This document shows, in pieces, positions 63,798 to 64,000 of a stretch of DNA of 64,000 bases. Each line of letters begins with the position of its first letter. The first letter of the stretch is position 1. The notes beneath the pieces are model-generated. The model was not told where the DNA came from, did not search any database, and saw only the letters and a program-made list of their open reading frames with translations. This stretch comes from Eukaryota sp. TZLM1-RC (lineage: Eukaryota; Protista; Metamonada: BaSk clade): NCBI GenBank assembly GCA_040285825.1, contig JAUPSS010000007.1:706501-770500 (forward strand). Reading direction: 5' to 3'. The translations under genes were made by a program, and so were the position numbers.

Positions 63798-64000
63798 TGG
63801 AGTTTGAGTAGGTAAAGGTATTAGTTGAGGATTGTTGTTGAGTTTTAAAATGTGACTGTTCCAGGAATATAACTTTTTTCTCTATCTTCATTCATTATGT
63901 GCCAAAGACATCATTTTGCACCTCTCATGGTTACCATGGTTGACAAGTGTCCTTCTGATAGGTATGACCAGCTTTTGATGTCGTCACCCTTATCGTAGGT

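Overview
AT-rich eukaryotic DNA dominated by repeats, probably from a flagellated microbial eukaryote (SFI1-like repeats, a dynein heavy-chain remnant, no clear introns); the organism cannot be named from the sequence. In order: the 3' end of a casein kinase II alpha gene; a ~462-bp satellite (~8.7 copies); two different chromodomain-bearing Ty3/gypsy LTR retrotransposons with very short LTRs (151 and 79 bp) and 4-bp TSDs; several 5'-truncated RLE-type (CRE/R2-group) non-LTR remnants; and a ~35-kb quasi-palindrome (arms ~21.4-30.0 kb and ~32.7-56.5 kb, 2.7-kb spacer). The palindrome carries mini SRF-type MADS-box genes, an orphan membrane protein and a TRIM that is single-copy in one arm and a 12-unit shared-LTR tandem array in the other. 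An SFI1/CCDC191-like gene follows. Best candidate for an undescribed system: neither LTR family has a tRNA primer-binding site. Both instead have a 12-nt palindrome CAATAnnTATTG starting at the LTR terminal CA, inside a covarying bulged stem, plus an internal duplicate of their own PPT. This suggests tRNA-independent priming of reverse transcription, possibly via a genome dimer.
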